64,000 bases of DNA, taken from NCBI GenBank assembly GCA_964593065.1, contig CAZQGO010000001.1:268565-332564 (forward strand), in the 5' to 3' direction. Each line of letters starts with the position of its first letter. Positions within the stretch are counted from its first letter, which is position 1. Positions 1 to 9,847 of the stretch are shown here, one piece after another. A program made the translations under genes and the position numbers. This stretch comes from an uncultured bacterium (GTDB taxonomy: Bacteria > Oederibacteriota > JAAXVQ01). Below the pieces are notes generated by a model, which saw nothing but the letters and a program-made list of their open reading frames with translations, did not search any database and had not been told where the DNA came from.

Positions 1-49
1 GGCCGCCCCGCCCGTTCCCCGATCCCCGGCAGCGGAAGGAAAAAACAGC

Positions 50-652
50 ATGTCCCTGGTTCCCCGAATTTTGGAACGCTTGCTCGAAGCGTTGGGCCGC
101 CTGCCCGGCATCGGCCCGAAAACCGCCCAGCGGCTGGCTTTTTTTCTTCTGAGCCAGGAGCGGGAAGAGGTCGCAAGACTGGCGGACGCCCTGTTGGCGG
201 CCAAGGATCAAATACGGTCCTGCAGCCGTTGTTATTCCCTGACGGACCAGGACCTGTGTCCGGTCTGCCGCGACCCCCGGCGCGAACGGAGCCAGTTATG
301 CGTCGTGGAGGACCCGAAGGACGTCTTTGTTCTGGAACGTTCCGGGGAATACCACGGCCTGTACCATGTTCTCATGGGCCGGCTTTCGCCCTTGGACGGC
401 ATCGGACCGGAAAACCTCAAAATCGCCGAATTGTTGCGGCGCCTCGAGGACGGAACGATCCGGGAGGTCATTATCGCCACCAATCCGGACGTGGAGGGCG
501 AAGCCACGGCTTTGTACCTGAACAAGCTCATCCTGCCGCTTTCCATTCGTGTCACCCGCTTGGCCAGCGGTCTGCCGGCCGGCAGCGATCTGGAATACGC
601 GGACGATGTTACCTTGAGCCGCGCGCTGTGCGGACGCCGGGAAATTTCCTGA
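50..652 (+). CDS. recR: Recombination protein RecR
   Basis: 200-aa ORF with helix-hairpin-helix LPGIGPKTAQRLAF, C4 zinc finger CSRCYSLTDQDLCPVC and a Toprim-like DVEGEATA segment. The order matches full-length RecR architecture. Confidence 0.93.
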   Translation: MSLVPRILERLLEALGRLPGIGPKTAQRLAFFLLSQEREEVARLADALLAAKDQIRSCSRCYSLTDQDLCPVCRDPRRERSQLCVVEDPKDVFVLERSGEYHGLYHVLMGRLSPLDGIGPENLKIAELLRRLEDGTIREVIIATNPDVEGEATALYLNKLILPLSIRVTRLASGLPAGSDLEYADDVTLSRALCGRREIS

Positions 653-789
653 AACCAGCCAGGCAGAATCCGCGGAGCGCCAAGGGGGGTGGCCGTGTAT
701 CTCTAGTATAATCAAGAAAAAATAAGCACACGGCCCGCGCGGGCAGCGTCACCGCCGGCGGGATGTTTCGAGACCACCCTTGAAAAAAC

Positions 790-818
790 TTGAATTTTTG
801 AATCCTTTCGGTTAAAAT
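790..818 (+). promoter_or_regulatory. Candidate sigma70-type promoter of the por operon
   Basis: TTGAAT (790-795), 17-nt spacer, TAAAAT (813-818), in an AT-rich gap about 100 nt upstream of the porG ATG. Assumes E. coli-like consensus. Confidence 0.3.
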
Positions 819-920
819 TGCCTGCTCCGTATTAATCCGTTGCGCCCCCAGCTGACTCGGTACGCAACCACCCTTTCAAGATCAAGCTCTAGGCGCTGGA
901 ATGTGTCGGGGAGGAAAACG

Positions 921-1499
921 ATGAGTGAAAATATTGAAATCCGCTGGCATGGACGCGGAGGGCAGGGCGCCAAAACCGCGGCCTTGCTGCTGGCGGAAGC
1001 GGCCCTGCATGCGGGCAAGCACGTTCAGGCTTTTCCGGAATACGGACCGGAACGCATGGGCGCCCCGGTGCAATCCTTCAACCGGATCAGTGAAAGACCC
1101 ATAACCCTGCATTGCTCGGTGGCCCGTCCCAAAATCGTGGTCGTGCTCGATCCCAGCCTCATGGAGGCCGTGGACGTGACCGCCGGCCTGGATGAGGACG
1201 GCATCCTGCTGATCAATACGGCGGAGAGCCCGGCCGAAATCCGGAAACGCCTGCCGTGGAAAGGCGCCAAGCTCTACACCGTGGACGCTTCCGCCATCGC
1301 CCAGGAAACGATCCGGCGCAACGTGCCCAATACCCCCATGATGGGGGCCTTGGTCAAGGTGGCGGGCTTCATGGATTTCGAGAGCATGTTGCAGGACACG
1401 AAACAGAAGCTGGAGAAAAAATTCAAAAACCGGCCCGAGATCGTGGACGGAAACATGAGCGCGATCCGGCGTGCATACGAGGAGGTCAAAGTCCAGTGA
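921..1499 (+). CDS. porG: Pyruvate/2-oxoacid:ferredoxin oxidoreductase, gamma subunit
   Basis: ATG at 921 is preceded by GGGGAGG. The sequence IRWHGRGGQGAKTAALLLAEAA...FPEYGPERMGAP is typical of POR gamma subunits. It is the first gene of a gamma-delta-alpha-beta order. Confidence 0.88.
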   Translation: MSENIEIRWHGRGGQGAKTAALLLAEAALHAGKHVQAFPEYGPERMGAPVQSFNRISERPITLHCSVARPKIVVVLDPSLMEAVDVTAGLDEDGILLINTAESPAEIRKRLPWKGAKLYTVDASAIAQETIRRNVPNTPMMGALVKVAGFMDFESMLQDTKQKLEKKFKNRPEIVDGNMSAIRRAYEEVKVQ

Positions 1500-1792
1500 G
1501 CACGGAGATCACCAAACCCGGCTGGAAGTCTTTCCCCCACGGCAACATCCTGGAAGCCGCGACCTCCCGGCAGTTTAAGACCGGTTCGTGGGCCACGGAG
1601 ATCCCGGTGTGGCGCCCGGAAACCTGCATCCACTGCCTGGCCTGCTGGATCGCCTGCCCCGATGACTGCTGGCAGGCTCAGGACGGAAAGATTACCGCCG
1701 TGGATCTGGAATACTGCAAGGGCTGCGGCATCTGCGCCTATGAATGCCCGACCAAACCCAAATCCATCGACATGAGGCCCAAGAAAAAGTAA
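1496..1792 (+). CDS. porD: Pyruvate:ferredoxin oxidoreductase, delta (2x[4Fe-4S] ferredoxin) subunit
   Basis: GTG at 1496 overlaps the porG stop (GTGA). Two cluster motifs are present: CIHCLACWIACP and CKGCGICAYECP. Confidence 0.85.
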   Translation: MSTEITKPGWKSFPHGNILEAATSRQFKTGSWATEIPVWRPETCIHCLACWIACPDDCWQAQDGKITAVDLEYCKGCGICAYECPTKPKSIDMRPKKK

Positions 1793-1826
1793 TCCTGTTA
1801 TTTTTTGGAAAGGGGACTTCGTTCCG

Positions 1827-3089
1827 ATGTCCAAGCTAGCCCAGACGGAAAACCAGCAGGGACCCGAAACCGCGCCCGCCTCAGAGGGGAAGGGAAGCGT
1901 ATCCATGCAAAAAATCATGACTGCCAAGACCGGCAATGAGGCCATGGCGGAAGCCATGCGCCAGATCAATCCGGACGTCTGCGCCGCGTATCCCATCACG
2001 CCCGCCACGGAGATCATGCAGATTTTCGCGGGTTTCGTGAATGACGGCCTGGTGAAAACGGAATTGATCACGGTTGAGTCCGAACACAGCGCCATGTCGG
2101 CCTCCATGGGCGCGGCCGCCGGGGGCGCCCGCACCATGACCGCCACCTCCTCGCAGGGGCTGGCGCTGATGTACGAAATGCTGTACATCGCCTCCGCCTA
2201 CCGCCTGCCCATCGTCATGGCCGAGGTCAACCGGGCCCTGTCCGGCCCCATCAACATCCACTGCGACCATTCCGACACCATGGGCGGAAGGGACGCGGGC
2301 TGGATCCAGATTTTCTCGGAAAACGCCCAGGAGGCCTACGACAACCTGATCCAGGCCGTGCGCATCTCGGAACATGCCGACGTGCTCCTGCCGTCCATGG
2401 TCACGACGGACGGCTTCATCATCTCTCACGGCATGGAAAACGTGGAAATTTTTTCGGACGAGGCCGTCCGGCAATTCATTCGGGATTACCGGCCGCCCTT
2501 CACCCTGTTGAACGATCAGCATCCGATTTCGGTCGGGGCCGCCGACCTGCAGGATTTTTATTTCGAGCACAAGCGCGCCGCCGTGGAAGGCATGCGCCAG
2601 GCCAAACGCGTCATCCAGGAGGTCGGGCGCGAGTTCGGGGAAACGTTCGGCCGGTCCTACGGTTTTTTTGACACGTTGCATTTGGAGGACGCCGAGGTCG
2701 CGCTGGTCGCGCTGGGCTCCACGGCCGGAACGGCGAGGGTGGCGGTGGAAAACCTCCGGGCGCGGGGCGTGAAGGCCGGACTCCTCAAGCTGCGGGTCTT
2801 CCGTCCCTTCCCGGGCGAGGAACTGGCCCAGGCTTTACATCACGTGCCCGCCGTGGCCGTGATGGACCGTTCGGAAGCTTTTAATGCCCAGGGCGGACCT
2901 TTGGCCACCGAATTGAAATCGGCGTTTTTCGAGGCGGGTGCGCATCCCAAAATCGTCAATTTCATCTACGGCTTGGGGGGGCGGGACATCCATTTCACGG
3001 AGTTGGAACAAATCCTGGAACACACCCGGAAGGCCCCCGAACCCCGAAACCTGAACGAACGCCTCGTGTATTGGGGCGTGCGGGAATAA
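1827..3089 (+). CDS. porA: Pyruvate:ferredoxin oxidoreductase, alpha subunit
   Basis: GNEAMAEAM...AAYPITPATEI...SEHSAMSA motifs of POR alpha. An alternative start at 1905 (MQKIM) would give a more typical length of about 394 aa. Confidence 0.88.
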   Translation: MSKLAQTENQQGPETAPASEGKGSVSMQKIMTAKTGNEAMAEAMRQINPDVCAAYPITPATEIMQIFAGFVNDGLVKTELITVESEHSAMSASMGAAAGGARTMTATSSQGLALMYEMLYIASAYRLPIVMAEVNRALSGPINIHCDHSDTMGGRDAGWIQIFSENAQEAYDNLIQAVRISEHADVLLPSMVTTDGFIISHGMENVEIFSDEAVRQFIRDYRPPFTLLNDQHPISVGAADLQDFYFEHKRAAVEGMRQAKRVIQEVGREFGETFGRSYGFFDTLHLEDAEVALVALGSTAGTARVAVENLRARGVKAGLLKLRVFRPFPGEELAQALHHVPAVAVMDRSEAFNAQGGPLATELKSAFFEAGAHPKIVNFIYGLGGRDIHFTELEQILEHTRKAPEPRNLNERLVYWGVRE

Positions 3090-3115
3090 TTTCCTTAAGC
3101 TAAGGGAGATCCACC

Positions 3116-4051
3116 ATGGTCAACCTCAAACAACTGACTGCCCGTCCCAAGACGGGACTCGCCGGCGGGCACCGTGCCTGCGCGGGCTGCGGTTTTCCGC
3201 AGATCATTGAAATGATCTACGGCCAATCCCCGCATCCGGTCGTCACCAGCACGGCCACGGGCTGCATGGAAATCGCGACCACCATTTATCCCTTCACGGC
3301 CTGGCGCGGAAATTTCATGCACAGCGCCTTCGAAAATGCGGCCGCCACGGCCTCGGGTTTGGAGACCGCTTTTCGATCCCTGAAAAAGCAGGGGCGCCTG
3401 CCCGGAAGTCCGGAACTCAATTTCGTGGCCGTGGGCGGAGACGGCGGGACCTACGACATCGGGCTGCAGGCCTTGTCCGGCGCCATGGAACGCCGGCACA
3501 ACCTGCTCTATGTTTGCTACAACAACGAGGCTTACATGAATACGGGCGTGCAGCGTTCCTCGGCTACGCCCCGCGGAGGACATACCACCACCTCGCCGGC
3601 CGGCAAGGTCGTCCCGGGCAAGACCCAGTGGCCCAAGGATTTAACGGGGATCATGGCCGCCCACGACATTCCCTTCGCGGCCCAGGCCTCGGTGGGCTAC
3701 CACGTGGATCTCATGCGCAAGGCCGACAAGGCCTTTTCCATGACCGGCCCCAAGTTCATCAACGTGTATACTCCCTGCCGTCTCGGCTGGGGTTCGGACC
3801 CGGCCCGAACCATGGAAATCGCCCGCCTGGCCGTGGAGACCTGCCTGTGGCCGTTGTACGAAGTGGTCGAGGGCGACTGGAAACTTTCCCGCAGGCCCAA
3901 GGAGAAAAAACCGGTAACCGAGTATTACGGGACCCAGACTCGTTTCCGTCACCTCCTCAAGCCCGAGCACGCGGACTTGGTGGCGGAAATTCAAGCCGAG
4001 GTGGACCGTCGCTGGCACCGCCTGCTCTTGAAATGCGGCCAGGGCGACTGA
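3116..4051 (+). CDS. porB: Pyruvate:ferredoxin oxidoreductase, beta (TPP-binding) subunit
   Basis: GGGAG RBS upstream. CAGCG near the N-terminus and the GGDGGTYDIG...NNEAYMNTG TPP-binding signature. Confidence 0.9.
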   Translation: MVNLKQLTARPKTGLAGGHRACAGCGFPQIIEMIYGQSPHPVVTSTATGCMEIATTIYPFTAWRGNFMHSAFENAAATASGLETAFRSLKKQGRLPGSPELNFVAVGGDGGTYDIGLQALSGAMERRHNLLYVCYNNEAYMNTGVQRSSATPRGGHTTTSPAGKVVPGKTQWPKDLTGIMAAHDIPFAAQASVGYHVDLMRKADKAFSMTGPKFINVYTPCRLGWGSDPARTMEIARLAVETCLWPLYEVVEGDWKLSRRPKEKKPVTEYYGTQTRFRHLLKPEHADLVAEIQAEVDRRWHRLLLKCGQGD

Positions 4052-4184
4052 TCGCCGCGTTTCCGGCGGAGCACGGGCGGGCGCCGGCGTCCGCGAAACG
4101 CTGGCTGCCCCGCCGGTGACGGCAGGCGGCCTCCGCCAACCCGGATCCTGCCCTCTGCCTGCCCCCCGACATGCGGGGCAGGCC

Positions 4185-5138
4185 ATGAACCCCATGTCCA
4201 CCATTCATCCGTTTTTCCTGGAATCCCGGCAAGACTGCACCCTCTGCCCGCGGCAATGCCACGCGGACCGTGCGGGCGGGTCGCCGGGATATTGCGCCAC
4301 CGGCACCGGTTTCGAAATCGCTTCCATCTGCCTGCACCGGGGCGAAGAGCCGGTCCTGGGCGGGGAGCAGGGCGTCTGCAATATTTTTTTCACGCACTGC
4401 AACCTGCAGTGCCGGTTCTGCCAGAATGACCAAATCAGCCGCAACCACTTGAACACCGCCGGGCGTTCGCTGACTTTGGACCAGGTCGTCCAGAGGCTGG
4501 AAGTGCTGCTGAACGCCGGCGCCCGCGCCGTAGGTTTCGTTTCTCCCTCCCACGTATTGCCGCAGGTGGCGGCCATCCTGCAGGCCCTCCGCGACCGCGG
4601 CCGGCGGCCGGTCTTCATCTATAACAGCAACGGCTACGATCGGGTCGAAAGCCTGGCGGCGCTCTCGGGCCGCATCGGCGTTTACCTGCCGGACTTCAAA
4701 TACGGGGACGCACGCCTGGCCGCGGAATACTCGGACGCGCCGGATTATCCGGAAGCGGCCGCTGCGGCCCTCCGGGAGATGTTCCGGCAAAAAGGCGTGC
4801 GCCTCGAATTCGACGGCTCGGGACTGGTCACTTCGGGATTGATCGTCCGGCACCTGGTGCTTCCCGGGCAAGTGGAAAACAGCCGGCGTGTCCTGCGGTT
4901 TTTGGCCCGCGAACTCTCGCCCGAAATCCACGTTTCCCTCATGTCCCAGTACACGCCGACGCAGGCCGTGGCCGCCGACCCTGCTTTGGGCCGGTGCTTG
5001 ACCGCCGGGGAATACGGGGAAGTCTTGCGGGAAATGGAACGCTTGGGGATGGAAAACGGTTGGATGCAGGGGTTGGACAGCCAGAACCACTATCAGCCGG
5101 ATTTCCGGCGCCGCCATCCCTTCGGCGACGAAAGCTGA
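4185..5138 (+). CDS. Radical SAM protein, PflX-type activase-like
   Basis: CNLQCRFCQN is a CxxxCxxC radical-SAM cluster motif. The overall layout resembles pyruvate-formate-lyase-activase-related PflX proteins. The start is uncertain (4116, 4185 or 4194). Confidence 0.75.
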   Translation: MNPMSTIHPFFLESRQDCTLCPRQCHADRAGGSPGYCATGTGFEIASICLHRGEEPVLGGEQGVCNIFFTHCNLQCRFCQNDQISRNHLNTAGRSLTLDQVVQRLEVLLNAGARAVGFVSPSHVLPQVAAILQALRDRGRRPVFIYNSNGYDRVESLAALSGRIGVYLPDFKYGDARLAAEYSDAPDYPEAAAAALREMFRQKGVRLEFDGSGLVTSGLIVRHLVLPGQVENSRRVLRFLARELSPEIHVSLMSQYTPTQAVAADPALGRCLTAGEYGEVLREMERLGMENGWMQGLDSQNHYQPDFRRRHPFGDES

Positions 5139-5217
5139 GTTTCCGTCCGCCGGGGAGTTTAAGGTCGTCCTGTATGCGGGTAGGGGGACAAAACGGGAGC
5201 GGCGGACCCGGCGCGGG

Positions 5218-6870
5218 TCAGACCCACTGGTAGGCCTTCAAGACCGCCTGCGCGATGTTGGTCACGTGATCCCCGATTTTCTCGATGTTGCTGATGAAGT
5301 CCACAAAAACGATGCCGGCCAGGGGCTGGCAGCTTTTCCGGTTTAAGCGCATGAGATTGCTTTCTTTCAGTTGTTCATACTGGCGGTCCAGGCTGGTTTC
5401 CAAGGCCAGGACCTTCTCCGCCGCCTCCAGGTCGTTGTTTTGCAGGGCCAGGATGACGCTCTGAAACATGGTGCCGACGTTTTGCGACATGTCCCGCAGC
5501 TCCTGTACGGCATCCTCGTTCAGCTTCAGCCCCAGACGCATCATGCGTTCGGCCAATTCGGACAGATTCGTCGCATGGTCCCCGACCCGCTCCAGGTCAT
5601 TCACCGTGTGCATGAGCACCGGCAGCTGCGGCGCTTCCTCCCGCGACAGGTTCCGCTGTGACAAATCGACCAGGTATCTCGTGATCGTGGTCTGAAAATG
5701 ATCGATGGCCTGCTCCTTGCCGCTCACCAGCTGCAAGACTCTGGAGTTCTTGTCGAAAAAACCCGTCAGAACGTCCTGCACCGTGCCCTCGGCCAGGTGG
5801 GCCATGCGTACGATTTCGTTCTTGGCCTGCTGCAGCGCCAGGGAAGGCTCTTCGAGCAGGTGCGGCTCCAGGTACTGGGGACGCTGGGGATCTTCGCCCG
5901 AGCGCGCGGGCATCAGCCAGATCAGGAACCTTTCCATCTGGGACACGAGCGGCAGGAAGATCACGCACGAGTTGAACACGTTGAAAGCCGTGTGGGCCAT
6001 GGCGATATGGGCCATGATGTTGCCGGTCGTCAGGGGCCCGGGCAGCAGCCATTCGATGAACCGCGCATACCAGCCGTTGTACACGAAAATCAGGGCATAG
6101 CCCACGCCGAGGACGTTGACGATGGTATGCGACATGGCCGTGCGCTTGGCCGCCAAATTGGTTTGCAGGCTCGCCAATTGCGCGGTGATGGTCGTTCCGA
6201 TATTCTCACCGAGAATGATGGGGATGGCGGTATCGAAATTGATGAGACCCTGCCAGGCCAGGGCCTGCACCACGGCGACCGTGGCGGAAGAGGATTGCAC
6301 CAACACGGTGAAGAGCAGACCGGCCAGGGTGCCGAGGATGGGGTGCCGGGACAAGAGGAGAAACAGGTTCTTGATGCCCTCGTACTGGGCGATCGGTTCG
6401 CTGGCGTCCTTCATGATCATCAGGCCGAAAAACAGCACGCCGAAACCGAAAATAATCTCGCCGCGCTGGCGCCAGCGGGCGGCGCGGCTGAAGGACATCA
6501 TGAAGAAACCGACGCCGATGGCCGGCAGGGCGTACACTTGCACCTTGAAAATGGCCATGGAGGCGACAATCCAGGCCGTCAGGGTGGTGCCGATGTTGGC
6601 GCCCAACACGACGGCCAAGGCCTGCCTTAAGGTGATCATGCCGGCATTGACCAAACCCACGGTCATGACCGTGGTGGCGGAGCTGCTTTGAATGAGGGCG
6701 GTAATGCCGGTGCCCACCAGCAGGCCCAGGATGCGGTTGCGGGTCAGGATACTCATAAAATGCTTGATCCGCTCGCTGGCGGCGTTGCGCAGGGCCTCGG
6801 ACAGGAACTTCATGCCGAACAGGAACAGCCCGAGACCGCCGATAAAGCCGAAGAGGATTTCTAAAGCCAT
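5218..6870 (-). CDS. Na+/phosphate cotransporter (NptA family) with C-terminal PhoU-like domain
   Basis: 550 aa. The N-terminal polytopic part carries duplicated QSSSATT/QSSSATV motifs typical of Na/Pi cotransporter II-related proteins. The C-terminal helical part carries PhoU-type ERVGDH/EKIGDH motifs. Confidence 0.88.
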   Translation of the reverse strand: MALEILFGFIGGLGLFLFGMKFLSEALRNAASERIKHFMSILTRNRILGLLVGTGITALIQSSSATTVMTVGLVNAGMITLRQALAVVLGANIGTTLTAWIVASMAIFKVQVYALPAIGVGFFMMSFSRAARWRQRGEIIFGFGVLFFGLMIMKDASEPIAQYEGIKNLFLLLSRHPILGTLAGLLFTVLVQSSSATVAVVQALAWQGLINFDTAIPIILGENIGTTITAQLASLQTNLAAKRTAMSHTIVNVLGVGYALIFVYNGWYARFIEWLLPGPLTTGNIMAHIAMAHTAFNVFNSCVIFLPLVSQMERFLIWLMPARSGEDPQRPQYLEPHLLEEPSLALQQAKNEIVRMAHLAEGTVQDVLTGFFDKNSRVLQLVSGKEQAIDHFQTTITRYLVDLSQRNLSREEAPQLPVLMHTVNDLERVGDHATNLSELAERMMRLGLKLNEDAVQELRDMSQNVGTMFQSVILALQNNDLEAAEKVLALETSLDRQYEQLKESNLMRLNRKSCQPLAGIVFVDFISNIEKIGDHVTNIAQAVLKAYQWV

Positions 6871-6912
6871 GCCGCCACCAGGCCTGACGCGGGAATGCGG
6901 GGATTTTGAGCC

Positions 6913-6940
6913 ATGATACTGGAGATTGGGGAATTGTCAA
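6913..6940 (-). promoter_or_regulatory. Candidate sigma70-type promoter of the NptA-PhoU gene
   Basis: On the minus strand: TTGACA (6940-6935), 16 nt, TATCAT (6918-6913), about 45 nt upstream of the ATG at 6870. Confidence 0.4.
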
Positions 6941-6944
6941 ACTG

Positions 6945-6967
6945 AAAAATGCCGGGACGAGATCCCG
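6945..6967 (-). terminator. Weak intrinsic terminator candidate after the DUF2905 gene
   Basis: Minus-strand hairpin CGGGA-tctcg-TCCCG followed after 3 nt by TTTTT. The stem is short, so support is low. Confidence 0.3.
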
Positions 6968-7004
6968 CCCGCCACGGCGGAGGGTCCCGATGGAGCCGAG
7001 GCGG

Positions 7005-7232
7005 TTACTTGAATTTGCCCAGGAGATACAGCAACAGGGACAGCAGCAGGCTCAGCAGCAGGCCGCTGGCCAGAGGAAAATACCACCGCGCATTCCCCCG
7101 CACGATCGAGATGTCGCCGGGCAGGTGCCCGAACCAGGGGATTTTCGCGCCGAGCGCCAATGCCAGTCCGGCCAGGAACAACAACAAGCCCAGGAGCATG
7201 AGCCATCGGCCCAGAATGGGAAAGGAAGCCAC
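7005..7232 (-). CDS. Small membrane protein, DUF2905 family
   Basis: 75 aa with two hydrophobic helices flanking GHLPGDISIVRGNARWYFPL, which I recognise as the DUF2905 signature. Confidence 0.75.
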   Translation of the reverse strand: MASFPILGRWLMLLGLLLFLAGLALALGAKIPWFGHLPGDISIVRGNARWYFPLASGLLLSLLLSLLLYLLGKFK

Positions 7233-7272
7233 GGCTGTTCACCTCGGAGCCGGCCGCATGCGGCCGGCGTGT

Positions 7273-7974
7273 TCAGTCCGAGGGCGGGCAGTGCTCGCAG
7301 GTGGACAAATAATCCTCCACCCGGTGACGCACGATCTCGCCCTCGATCATATAAATGACGTCCTCGGCGATGTTGGTGGCATGGTCCGCGATGCGCTCCA
7401 AGTGGCGGGAAATGGAGAGCAAGTGAATGATGCCGTTGGTGTTCTTCGGTTCCTTGCAGATGCCCGCCTTGACCAGGTCGTACATGTTGCGGTTCATTTC
7501 ATCCACGGCGTCGTCCATGGGCAGCACTTCCCGAGCCAGGCCGGAGTCCATGTTCACCAGGGCGTCCAGGCTACGGTTGACCATGGTCTGCACCTTTCGG
7601 GCCATTTCGCCGAAATCGAAGTCGATGTCGATCTTGGGCTGGGTCGCGAGGTAAACGGAACGCTCGGCGATGTTGACGGCCAGGTCGCCGATCCGCTCCA
7701 GGTCGTTGTTGATCTTGAGCACGGCCACGATGAAGCGTAAATCCACGGCCACGGGCTGGTACAGGGCCAGGAGTTTCAGGCAGTCTTCCTCGACGTTGAT
7801 TTCCGTCTGGTCGATCTCCGGGTCCTGGCGGATCACGGCTTCCGCGAGTTTCCCGTCCCGGGTTTCGACCGAACGGACGGCATGCTGGAGATTTTCCTCG
7901 ACCAGCGTGCTCAAGGCGAGGAGTTTGCGCTTTAAAATCTCAATTTCTTTTTGCAAGTGGGAAGTCATGGGCAC
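7273..7974 (-). CDS. phoU: Phosphate signalling/transport regulator PhoU
   Basis: 233 aa with two PhoU repeats (NNDLERIGDLAVNIAE and SRHLERIADHATNIAED). Located next to pstB. Confidence 0.92.
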   Translation of the reverse strand: MPMTSHLQKEIEILKRKLLALSTLVEENLQHAVRSVETRDGKLAEAVIRQDPEIDQTEINVEEDCLKLLALYQPVAVDLRFIVAVLKINNDLERIGDLAVNIAERSVYLATQPKIDIDFDFGEMARKVQTMVNRSLDALVNMDSGLAREVLPMDDAVDEMNRNMYDLVKAGICKEPKNTNGIIHLLSISRHLERIADHATNIAEDVIYMIEGEIVRHRVEDYLSTCEHCPPSD

Positions 7975-8207
7975 CTTCTTTCGATTCTGGAAGCGCGCGC
8001 TGCGTAGTCCGGGCCGGCGGACGCGTTGGTCCAGCGCGCGCGTCCGGTGCGCCGCCGAACCTCAGCACAGGGAAAAATATCCTCCACCCGTGGCGCCGCG
8101 GAAATCCCGAGCGCGCGAGCCGTTTCCTCCGGCCAGGGTGTGGTTACAAACGGCCGTCGGCAAGCCCGCCGGCCCTATTTTACTCCGTTTGCCTCTTGCG
8201 GGGGATG

Positions 8208-8238
8208 AAAAAACCAGCCGAGGTTCAGGCCGGGCTAG
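8208..8238 (-). terminator. Weak terminator candidate after pstB
   Basis: Minus-strand CUAGCC...GGCUGG 6-bp stem (one G-U pair) followed directly by TTTTTT. The loop is 13 nt, so it is marginal. Confidence 0.3.
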
Positions 8239-8246
8239 CAATGCCG

Positions 8247-9023
8247 CTATCCAAAGCGACCCGTAATATAGTCCTCCGTGAGTTTTTCGGCGGGCGAGGT
8301 GAATATTTTGTCGGTTTTACCGAATTCGACAAGTTCTCCGAGCATCATGAACCCCGTCCAATCGGAAATCCGGGCCGCCTGCTGCATGTTGTGCGTGACG
8401 ATGATGATGGTGATTTCTTTTCGCATTTGCGCCACCAATTCCTCGATCTTGGCGGTGGAGATCGGATCCAGGGCGGAGGTCGGTTCGTCAAAAAGCAGGA
8501 CCTCCGGGTCGACCGCCAGGGCCCGGGCAATGACGAGCCTCTGCTGCTGGCCTCCGGAAAGTTCGTAGGCGCTCGTGCCCAGTTTGTCCTTGACTTCGTC
8601 CCAGAGCACGGCGTGACGCAGGGCCTGTTCGACCTTTTCCGCGAGCTCGCCGCGCTGGCGTATCCCCCTGAGCTTCAAGCCGTAGGCGACGTTCTCGAAG
8701 ATGGTCATGGGAAAAGGCGTCGGTTTCTGAAAGACCATCCCGATGCGGCTCCGGAGAGCAATGGGATCCGTTTCCTTCAGCAGAATATCGTTTCCCTGGA
8801 ACAGGATCTGGCCGGCATAACGGTTTTTCGGATACAAATCGTGCATGCGGTTGAAGCAGCGGAGGAGCGTGGTTTTTCCGCAGCCGGAGGGACCGATCAG
8901 GGCGGTCACGCCGTGGCGATGGACCGTGAAATTGATATGCTTCAGGGCCTGGACGTCCGCGTAATAGAAATCGAGGTCCCTGACCTCGAATTCGGCCGTG
9001 TCGCTCACGAATGATACCTCCAT
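8247..9023 (-). CDS. pstB: Phosphate ABC transporter ATP-binding protein PstB
   Basis: Walker [10 protein letters not shown], signature LSGGQQQR, Walker [12 protein letters not shown] and the C-terminal YITGRFG typical of PstB. An alternative GTG start at 9008 would give a GTGA overlap with the pstA stop. Confidence 0.95.
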   Translation of the reverse strand: MEVSFVSDTAEFEVRDLDFYYADVQALKHINFTVHRHGVTALIGPSGCGKTTLLRCFNRMHDLYPKNRYAGQILFQGNDILLKETDPIALRSRIGMVFQKPTPFPMTIFENVAYGLKLRGIRQRGELAEKVEQALRHAVLWDEVKDKLGTSAYELSGGQQQRLVIARALAVDPEVLLFDEPTSALDPISTAKIEELVAQMRKEITIIIVTHNMQQAARISDWTGFMMLGELVEFGKTDKIFTSPAEKLTEDYITGRFG

Positions 9024-9847
9024 TTGATGATGAGCCTTCCCGCGATGGTGAGAAGAAGGATGAAGAACGTGATTAAAAAGGAAGCGGCCCAGGCCTGGGC
9101 GTGCCAGTTGTCGTACGGTCCCATGGCATACTGGAAAATCGAAACCGTGAGCGAGGCCATCGGACCGTTCATGTCGGAGCTGAAAAAGGAATTGTTGAAG
9201 GAAGTAAAAAGCAGCGGGGCGGTTTCGCCGGCCACGCGCGCGATCGAAAGCAGGATCCCGGTCAAGATTCCCGTCGCGGCCCCGCGGTACACCACCTGGG
9301 TGATGACCTTGTAGTAAGGCGCCCCCAGGGCGAAAGCGGCTTCGCGCAGGGTCCAGGGAACCAGCAAGAGCATGTTTTCCGTGGTGCGGAGAACCACCGG
9401 GATCATGATGATCGCCAGGGCGACCGCGCCCGCCCAGCCGTTGAAATGTCCTGCCGGCCGGACCAGCACGGCGTAAATGAAGGTCCCGATCACGATGGAA
9501 GGCACGCTGACCATGATGTCCGAGAGCACGCTGATGATCCGGGAGATCATCTTGCCGTGGGCATACTCCGCCAAAAAAGTCCCTCCCAGGATCCCGACCG
9601 GAATGCCGATCAGAGTGGCGGTGAAGGTGATCAGCATCTGGCCGACAAAGGCGTTGCGCAAGCCGCCGCCGGCCACGCCGGCGGGAACCGGGTCCTGAAA
9701 AACCAAGTCCAGGGAAAGCGCGCTCAGGCCCTGGTACAAAACGTCCCCGAGGATGAACACCAGCCAAAAAAGGCCCGTCAGGGCCGCCAGGGTGCTCAGG
9801 CTCAGTGCGATGGCACCGGAGAATTTCCGCCGGGTTTCCAGGATCAT
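9005..9847 (-). CDS. pstA: Phosphate ABC transporter permease PstA
   Basis: 280 aa from MILETRRKF. Polytopic, with the EAA-type loop [19 protein letters not shown] overlap with the pstC stop. The longer ORF-track version is an upstream extension that overlaps pstC. Confidence 0.9.
   Translation of the reverse strand: MILETRRKFSGAIALSLSTLAALTGLFWLVFILGDVLYQGLSALSLDLVFQDPVPAGVAGGGLRNAFVGQMLITFTATLIGIPVGILGGTFLAEYAHGKMISRIISVLSDIMVSVPSIVIGTFIYAVLVRPAGHFNGWAGAVALAIIMIPVVLRTTENMLLLVPWTLREAAFALGAPYYKVITQVVYRGAATGILTGILLSIARVAGETAPLLFTSFNNSFFSSDMNGPMASLTVSIFQYAMGPYDNWHAQAWAASFLITFFILLLTIAGRLIIKWRYHS

Noticed and set aside
3957-5117. 386-aa minus-strand ORF
   Set aside because: It is antisense to the radical-SAM gene, which carries a clear CxxxCxxC motif. 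The minus-strand translation is low-complexity.
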